Positions 26,288-32,807 of a stretch of 32,807 bases of DNA are shown here, piece after piece. Under the pieces are notes generated by a model. That model had not been told where the DNA came from. It saw only the letters and a list, made by a program, of their open reading frames with translations, and made no database searches. This DNA comes from Bdellovibrionales bacterium (GTDB taxonomy: Bacteria; Bdellovibrionota; Bdellovibrionia; Bdellovibrionales; UBA840). The DNA lies in assembly GCA_037969075.1 (NCBI GenBank), contig JBBKWS010000042.1, positions 1-32,807 of the forward strand, given 5' to 3'. Position 1 is the stretch's first letter; every line of letters starts with the position of its first letter. Position numbers and translations under genes: made by a program.

Positions 26288-27332
26288 ACGACTCTTTTGA
26301 ATTGTTATTTTTCGATTTATTACGCCCTGCTGCGGTCTTTTTTTCAGCGCGTTTGGCGATCTCTTTTACTTCATCTTTTAATTTTAAAAAAGATTCCCAG
26401 TGCTGTAAATCTAGTTCGCCACTCTTAATTGCCATCTTGATCGCGCATCCAGGTTCTGTGTGATGTCCGCAATCAGAGAACTTGCATTTAAGAGTTAAAT
26501 CATCAATATCAGCAAACTGCGCATCCATCCCTTCTTCGACGTCAAGAACTTGTACCTCACGCATACCAGGAGTATCAATAATCATTCCGCCAAATGGTAA
26601 GTGCAAAAGATACCTAGAAGTTGTAGTATGCTTACCCTTGCCGTCCACATCACGTATGTCTTGGGTTTTAAGTTTATTCTCTCCTAGTAAAGAATTGATC
26701 AGCGTTGACTTTCCAACGCCAGAAGAACCCACTATTACATTTGTTTTATTAGGTAAAAAATACTGTTTAAGTTCATCCAAGCCGGTGTTCTTATGACTTG
26801 AGATCAACAAGTATTCGGTATCCGCAGAAACACTTTTTAACTGTTCAATGTATTCTTCGGGCGAGTCTGTTATATCAGATTTTGTCAATAGCACTATGGG
26901 TGTAGCGCCACTATTCCAAGCTAAAGTTAGATATCTCTCTACTCTAGAAATATTAAAATTTTGATTACATGACATAGCAATCATCACGTAATCTATATTG
27001 CTAGCGATGATTTGCTCCCCCGTGGTATCGCCCGCTACCTTTCTAGATAAACATGATCTTCTTGGCAGAAGCCTTTGAATCACCCAATTCTCAGACCCAG
27101 ATGGTTTCTCACAAGAAATCCAATCCCCAACTGCTGGATAATCCTTGCGTGCATTCGCCTGATGCCTAAATTTACCAATAATGATTGCGGTTGCTTCGAT
27201 ATTAGGAGCAAAGAGAATTCTATAAGAGCCTCTCTCTTCTCCTACCACTCTGGCAACTATCTCGCCAGGATGCTGGTGAGAATCAAGTGCTTCATCCCAA
27301 CCTAGCCATAATAAATCTGATTTTGTTTGCAC
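26265..27332 (-). CDS. rsgA: ribosome small-subunit-dependent GTPase A
   Basis: OB-fold PAVGDW. Circularly permuted G motifs TKSD, GSSGVGKS, GKHTTT, DTPG. Zn finger CKFSDCGHHTEPGC. Confidence 0.95.
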   Translation of the reverse strand: MQTKSDLLWLGWDEALDSHQHPGEIVARVVGEERGSYRILFAPNIEATAIIIGKFRHQANARKDYPAVGDWISCEKPSGSENWVIQRLLPRRSCLSRKVAGDTTGEQIIASNIDYVMIAMSCNQNFNISRVERYLTLAWNSGATPIVLLTKSDITDSPEEYIEQLKSVSADTEYLLISSHKNTGLDELKQYFLPNKTNVIVGSSGVGKSTLINSLLGENKLKTQDIRDVDGKGKHTTTSRYLLHLPFGGMIIDTPGMREVQVLDVEEGMDAQFADIDDLTLKCKFSDCGHHTEPGCAIKMAIKSGELDLQHWESFLKLKDEVKEIAKRAEKKTAAGRNKSKNNNSKESYEKNKKK

Positions 27333-27400
27333 GACTAAGTATACCCAGTTTTTTATAGTAAAGCGTATTTATTTCTAATGAATCTGCACATTAAGATAAT

Positions 27401-29116
27401 TTACAGCCTAGCTTGCAACTCATAGAAGCGGTGATATTCACCCGTTTTCTCTAAGAGCTGCTTATGGGTGCCCTCTTCGACAATTACACCGTTTTTTAAC
27501 ACTAATATTCGATCCGCACTTACAATTGTAGATAAGCGGTGTGCTATCACTATGGCTGTACGTCCATCCATCAACTTATCTAAGCCCTTTTGGACCTCAA
27601 CCTCATTAATACTATCTAATGCGCTAGTTGCCTCATCTAATATTAAAAGCGGTGAATCTTTATAGAATGCTCTAGCAATACTAATTCTTTGCTTTTCTCC
27701 ACCAGACAGCAAATTCCCACGCTCTCCAACTTTTGTTTCATATTTTTTCTCTAATTTATCAATAAAAGTATGAGCATTCGCTGATACACTTGAAGATAAG
27801 TAGTCGATGTCTTTTGAAAAATCACCCGATTTAATATTACTTGCAATGGTATCGTTAAAAAGAAATACATCCTGAGAGACAAATGCAATATTCTTTCGAA
27901 GATCTTTTAGATTAATATTTTGAATAGGAATGCCGCCAACTAATATCGTTCCACTATTAGGCTCAAAGAATCTCATCAACAAATTAATAATTGTAGATTT
28001 CCCTGATCCAGACTCACCCACTAAAGCTAGCTGCTGACCACGTTTAATAGAAAAGTTTAATAATTTTAGAATTTCAGTGTCTTTATATTTAAAAGTTACG
28101 TCTTTAAATGCAATTTCATCCCAATCTTTAGGAAAAGGTAAGGCTTCTTTTGACTCTTGCACCTCAGCTTCGTCTTCGATTGTTTCTATAATACGATCCG
28201 TAGCAGCTATACTTTGCTGTAACCTTACAACACCTTCTTGGAGTTTTTTAATAGATGGTTGCATTGAAAACATTGCTGTCAAAAAACCAACAAAATCACC
28301 AATACGCATATCCGATTTTAATATATTTTGCCCGATGTATATCGCCACAGCAGAAAAGGTAAACGCACCTACTACCTCAAATAGAGGGCCCGATGCTTCC
28401 TCACGCCTAAGAATACTACGACGTGTTTTTAAGTATTTATCAGTTACTACGGTCATTTTTTTTCGCATCTCGGATTCAAGATTAAATGACTGAATGATTC
28501 TAATACCATCAAATGTTTCTTTAAGAGTAGAGGACAATTCGCCCAAGCGGTCGAGTTGCTTGTACGAATGGTTACGTAGTCCTTTGGTAACCGCTTTCAT
28601 AATAATAATGATAACAGGTATAAATACCATCGTGGCTAAAGTTAGCTTCCAATCTATATAGAGCATTGTAGCTATTAGAAACGTAACTGTTATTGGCTCA
28701 CGAACCATGTCTGCTAAAATCATCAGGCCATTGCCGACAATATTAACGTCATTCAAAGTCTGACTTAAAAGACCTGCGCCACCAGTTTTAAAATTAAAGT
28801 GATATGTTAGATTTAGTTTTAAAAATTTATCCTGTAAATCTACTCGAATCCTTGCAATGATCCTATCCATTGTAAATTTAAGTGAGAATGAATGAATGTA
28901 TCTTGCAATAGCATGCAGAACATAAACTCCAAAGACAGAAAGTGGCAGAATATATATCTGCTTCTCATTCTTTACCTCAAATGCGGTAAAGAGATCCCGC
29001 ATTAAATACGCAAGACTTGCTGTACAAGCACTCATTATAGCGCCGGTAATGACAACTATTACTAGGCGCCCTTTGTATTGTTTTAAATAAGGACTAAGTT
29101 GCAGTAGTTTTAACAA
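27401..29116 (-). CDS. ABC exporter, fused permease/ATPase, MsbA-like
   Basis: 6 TM, GESGSGKS, LSGGEKQR, ILDEATSALD, IAHRLSTI. TTG start 3 nt after the upstream stop. Confidence 0.92.
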   Translation of the reverse strand: MLKLLQLSPYLKQYKGRLVIVVITGAIMSACTASLAYLMRDLFTAFEVKNEKQIYILPLSVFGVYVLHAIARYIHSFSLKFTMDRIIARIRVDLQDKFLKLNLTYHFNFKTGGAGLLSQTLNDVNIVGNGLMILADMVREPITVTFLIATMLYIDWKLTLATMVFIPVIIIIMKAVTKGLRNHSYKQLDRLGELSSTLKETFDGIRIIQSFNLESEMRKKMTVVTDKYLKTRRSILRREEASGPLFEVVGAFTFSAVAIYIGQNILKSDMRIGDFVGFLTAMFSMQPSIKKLQEGVVRLQQSIAATDRIIETIEDEAEVQESKEALPFPKDWDEIAFKDVTFKYKDTEILKLLNFSIKRGQQLALVGESGSGKSTIINLLMRFFEPNSGTILVGGIPIQNINLKDLRKNIAFVSQDVFLFNDTIASNIKSGDFSKDIDYLSSSVSANAHTFIDKLEKKYETKVGERGNLLSGGEKQRISIARAFYKDSPLLILDEATSALDSINEVEVQKGLDKLMDGRTAIVIAHRLSTIVSADRILVLKNGVIVEEGTHKQLLEKTGEYHRFYELQARL

Positions 29117-29119
29117 AAT

Positions 29120-30085
29120 TTACCATCCAAGTACGTAAGCAAAGACAAGTGGAGCTACTATGGTTGCATCAGACTCAATAATATATTTTTTAGATTCTAA
29201 TGTTAACTTACCCCACGTAATTTTTTCGTTAGGGGTTGCTCCAGAATAAGATCCATAGCTTGTAGTAGAATCGCTAATTTGGCAAAAATACGACCACTTT
29301 GCTACATCTTGCTCTAAATCTTGCTCTAACATCGGAACTACACAGATAGGGAAATCTCCTGCTATACCACCGCCAATTTGAAAAAATCCGATCCCTTGTT
29401 TAGTTTGATTATCAGGGTACCATGAAGATAAAAATACCATGTAATCAATTCCAGTTTTCATAGCAGAGCGCTCTACTTTTTTACTGATAATTTTTCCAGC
29501 AAAAATATTTCCAAGCGTTGAGTCTTCCCAGCCAGGTACGATGATAGGTAGGTTTTTCTCTGCGGCAGCAAGTAACCACGAGTTTTTAGGATCAATTTGA
29601 TAGTGTTGTTTTAGTGAACCATCTAACAAAATTTGGTAGAAGTATTCATGAGGAAAATAAGACTCACCTTTTTTACTAGCTTCTAACCATTTTTTTTCTA
29701 TAGCTCCCTCGATGCGTCTAATCGCCTCAGCCTCGGGTATACAAGTATCGGTAACACGGTTTAAGTGTTTGTCTAAAAGTTCCATCTCTTGCTCTGGCGT
29801 TAACTCTCTCCAGTTCGGGATGCGTACATAATGTTCATGAGCAACCAGATTAAACACATCTTCTTCAAGGTTAGCCCCTGTACAACAAATACCATGCACC
29901 TTGCCCTGCCTAATCATCTCTGCAAGACTTAACCCAAGCTCAGCCGTACTCATAGCTCCCGCTAAAGTCATAAACATCTTTCCACCCTTTTCAAGATGCT
30001 CTTTGTAGCCGCGAGCCGCGTCCTTTAGACTGGCAGCGTTAAAATGTCTGTAGTGGTAATCAATAAAAGACGATATTGTTGTCAT
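29120..30085 (-). CDS. deoxyhypusine synthase-like protein
   Basis: LAGAMSTAELG, TGANLEED, PGWEDST, IGGG, GSYSGA.PNEKITWGK with the catalytic Lys retained, ESDATIVAP. Confidence 0.93.
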   Translation of the reverse strand: MTTISSFIDYHYRHFNAASLKDAARGYKEHLEKGGKMFMTLAGAMSTAELGLSLAEMIRQGKVHGICCTGANLEEDVFNLVAHEHYVRIPNWRELTPEQEMELLDKHLNRVTDTCIPEAEAIRRIEGAIEKKWLEASKKGESYFPHEYFYQILLDGSLKQHYQIDPKNSWLLAAAEKNLPIIVPGWEDSTLGNIFAGKIISKKVERSAMKTGIDYMVFLSSWYPDNQTKQGIGFFQIGGGIAGDFPICVVPMLEQDLEQDVAKWSYFCQISDSTTSYGSYSGATPNEKITWGKLTLESKKYIIESDATIVAPLVFAYVLGW

Positions 30086-30192
30086 TGCTACTCCTTAAAA
30101 TCATGAACATTTTAATTAATCTAGAAAACCACCAGATACAAGAAAATTCCCTTCTCTTATTGGGGTTTTAGCAGTACCTACCCCCCAAGCTT

Positions 30193-30768
30193 ATGGCATG
30201 GAATCCTGTCATTAATGACCTTATTGAAGTTGGTTACTCGGTTAAGAACAATCTGTTCTTACACTCTGATTTAGAGCCTATGCATGACGAATTAACTAGG
30301 CTCTACAATGAAGATATTTTAAAAAAAGCTAGCATTGCTACCGGCGTACAGCCTAGTGTTCGTGGTGACATGATTTTATGGCTTGATGATTGTAACTCAA
30401 ATCCTTTTAGTACTTATTTAAACGCTCTCGAAAATTTAAAAACTACATTAAACCGCGAACTATATTTAGGCGCCAATACTGTAGAGTCGCATGTTACTAT
30501 GTATCCCATAAATAAACATTACGATAAACACGTGGATAATTTTAAGGGTAAAAATAATCGTAAGCTATCTGTCATATTATATTTAAATAAAGACTGGAAA
30601 AAAGAAGATGGCGGAGCGCTAGTGATATACAATCAAAAAGGAGAAACTTTGTGTACCGTGCTCCCTGAACTAGGTACCTTTGTAGTTTTTTTAAGTGAAG
30701 ATTTCCCTCATGAAGTAAAAGTATGTCACAAAGAGCGAGCCAGCATTACTAGCTGGTTACGGCGCTAA
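30193..30768 (+). CDS. 2OG-Fe(II) oxygenase, prolyl-hydroxylase (PHD/EGLN)-like
   Basis: VRGD.ILWL, Y.KHVD, LYLN.DW...GG.L, HEV, RASITSW. Confidence 0.9.
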   Translation: MAWNPVINDLIEVGYSVKNNLFLHSDLEPMHDELTRLYNEDILKKASIATGVQPSVRGDMILWLDDCNSNPFSTYLNALENLKTTLNRELYLGANTVESHVTMYPINKHYDKHVDNFKGKNNRKLSVILYLNKDWKKEDGGALVIYNQKGETLCTVLPELGTFVVFLSEDFPHEVKVCHKERASITSWLRR

Positions 30769-32748
30769 CTATTCTGAAGCATCTTTACTTTTTATGTAAT
30801 AATCTCGCACCCATAATCTAATGGCTTTGAAGATATCGTCGCTAACACCTAGAAATGTAAAATAGCAAATATACTTACCTTGAAACTCTCTATCTTCTTC
30901 AGAAAAGTAACATCTAGCATAGATTGGCTCATGATTATCCATTCCTAAAAATGATTTTAAATAAAACTGAATAAACATATCTTGCCTTATAGGCGAACCA
31001 AAACGTACTGCTATCCCAAATTCTGAGAGTGATAGCATATCAATTTCGGTGGCTAGCATTATACTTTCATTTAAAGCCACATGCTCTAAGTTCTTTATGT
31101 CTAGCTGCTGCATCTTTAAATTTGTAATCCCTAGTTGATAACTGCCCAAAAGCTTTTTACCTAAAAGGGCTTTATCTATGGGTTTATGCATATAATCCGA
31201 AAAATCTTTACGTAAAAACCTTGGCGGTGGAACATTCGTCTTTCCGAGTACTATGATTTTTGGCATTTGTTTATTAGCTAATGTCTGTACCTTATTTGTC
31301 ATACCCTCTAACCAGAGAGCAGAATCTAAAATATAATTTTCATCAATAATCAGTAAATCGATCTTCGTTAAATTAACCTTGCCTATACCTAAATTTTTAT
31401 AGTCATAAGTTTTCTCTTCATCGGTTTTATCACTGATTGTAATTAAATATGAGTCTTTAAGTTTTTCAACACTGATCTGTAATAAAGATCTGGCGCCATC
31501 ACTGTGTACAAAAATAAATTTATCCGTATGTTTTCCGCCAGCTTTCCACACAATATCTAAAAAATCTTTTACATTCTCATTATGTCCAGGATCAATAGAC
31601 TTCATAAATAAATCAGGTTTTGATTCCCAATCAGTTTTAAGATGAGTCAAAAACATCTCATCTACTTCTACTTCTTCTTGTTCTTCCCCTTCTTTTTTAA
31701 CTACTTTAGATTTATCTACTTTCTTAGGACTCTCGGCCCAGTTTAATTTAAGCATTTCGAGCTCTTCATTTAACTCAATAGAAAATGCAAAGTTACCCTG
31801 TCTAGCTGGTTTAATGACTAATTCAGCCGCTTCAGTCTTAGGTTTCGAATCTTCTGATGGAAAGCAAGAGACTAGAAATCTCGTGTACGATGGAAAGTGT
31901 AACACATCGATATCTACATTTTCTTCTAAGTACTGCTTTAGACTTTGGCTTTCATTTTTATCAATATCAATAATCACAACTTGTGGTTTATCCGTCGCCT
32001 TAACTTCCGGAATAATAAGCGGCTCTCTACCTTCTTTTAACTCTGCAAAACGCTTACGCAGAACCGTTTGCCGATCATGGTTTAAGCCAAAATAATCAAA
32101 CCTGCATAGATAGCCTTCTGTTGCCTTTCTACTCTCAAGAGATCTTCCCAAAATTTTTTGCACCTGATTTTCGCCAAACCTCTTAGAGTAAAACCTAACA
32201 AACGCCCCTTCGTGTAGAGGCCCTGGGTTATTGATGGTTAAGCAAAAATCACTAAAATAAGCTAGCGTAGATTTTTTTCCTACTTCGATTTTTTCTTTAA
32301 TCGGTTGTAGTGCTAAATAGCTTGGATCAACTTTTTCTGGAGCTGAGACGGCTATTTCAAGTTTTTGCAAGAACAGCTGCTTCTCTAGCGGTTTAAAAAT
32401 ATAGTCTTCCACCTTTAGGTTATAAACTGGCACCTTAACGCCTTCAAAGGATGTTAGCAAAAGCCTTGTAGGAAATTCGTTTTGTAGCTGTTGTACCTCT
32501 AATCCTCTTCTTATTTTTTTGATATCCTCTTCGATCTTTGCGCAGGCCTCATAATCAAAAATAAGCACATCAATCTTTGCAACAACCTTTTGTTGTTTTG
32601 GAGTTGCACTAAATAAGTGGGTAGCAGCTACAAAGGCCTCTAAGGATGCAAAGCTATGGATCTCTAAATCTAATTCAGAGCTCTTTATAAACGAGATCAT
32701 CTCGTTTATAGATTTGCTATCTCGGTCAACAATACATACCACAGCCAT
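30769..32748 (-). CDS. multidomain signalling protein: two tandem degenerate receiver + PilZ-like units
   Basis: REC-like IVD / IDVLIFD / DYIFKP recurs as IID / IDLLIID / DYMHKP. Each is followed by a beta-barrel segment (FSDFCLTI; LSEFGIAV). Confidence 0.62.
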   Translation of the reverse strand: MAVVCIVDRDSKSINEMISFIKSSELDLEIHSFASLEAFVAATHLFSATPKQQKVVAKIDVLIFDYEACAKIEEDIKKIRRGLEVQQLQNEFPTRLLLTSFEGVKVPVYNLKVEDYIFKPLEKQLFLQKLEIAVSAPEKVDPSYLALQPIKEKIEVGKKSTLAYFSDFCLTINNPGPLHEGAFVRFYSKRFGENQVQKILGRSLESRKATEGYLCRFDYFGLNHDRQTVLRKRFAELKEGREPLIIPEVKATDKPQVVIIDIDKNESQSLKQYLEENVDIDVLHFPSYTRFLVSCFPSEDSKPKTEAAELVIKPARQGNFAFSIELNEELEMLKLNWAESPKKVDKSKVVKKEGEEQEEVEVDEMFLTHLKTDWESKPDLFMKSIDPGHNENVKDFLDIVWKAGGKHTDKFIFVHSDGARSLLQISVEKLKDSYLITISDKTDEEKTYDYKNLGIGKVNLTKIDLLIIDENYILDSALWLEGMTNKVQTLANKQMPKIIVLGKTNVPPPRFLRKDFSDYMHKPIDKALLGKKLLGSYQLGITNLKMQQLDIKNLEHVALNESIMLATEIDMLSLSEFGIAVRFGSPIRQDMFIQFYLKSFLGMDNHEPIYARCYFSEEDREFQGKYICYFTFLGVSDDIFKAIRLWVRDYYIKSKDASE

Positions 32749-32807
32749 AGTACTTATATTTTCTCAGGCCTTGTCTAAAATATCTACAAAAAGCACAGCT
32801 TTCTACT

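Overview
AT-rich bacterial chromosomal window, most likely from a Bdellovibrionota (Bdellovibrio-like) organism. This is an inference from an LLFQNC lipoprotein signal, RxPAS-containing secreted proteins and a REC/PilZ-like repeat protein. It is densely coded, with about 40 CDS and one tRNA-Pro(UGG). I saw no IS element, prophage or CRISPR array. The left part carries a Nit-family amidase and an unusual ribosomal-protein trio (rplX-rpmB divergent from rpsR, all outside their canonical operons). It also has a TrmH methylase, a sigma-54-promoted small gene, a beta-barrel OMP and tRNA-Pro. The middle is accessory or stress related: DUF3309, RNase H, a DEAD-box helicase, an FQNC lipoprotein, RluA, an EEP/YqjE-like/DUF883 unit divergent from a small protein plus Dps, an Hpt protein and Ogt. 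The best candidate for an undescribed system is a tightly coupled four-gene operon at 11694-18804. It encodes (1) a ~1030-aa protein with signal peptide, periplasmic coiled coil, TM helices and a cytoplasmic STAND/AAA+-like NTPase with winged helix; (2, 3) two different MscS channels; and (4) an APC-fold transporter with a KUP-like GDxxTSPLY motif fused to tandem USP domains. The right part has a PIG-L deacetylase plus NagB, a second TrmH, RsgA, an MsbA-like exporter, a deoxyhypusine-synthase-like gene divergent from a PHD-type 2OG oxygenase, and an internally duplicated REC-PilZ-like protein. All calls come from reading motifs by eye; no database searches were run.
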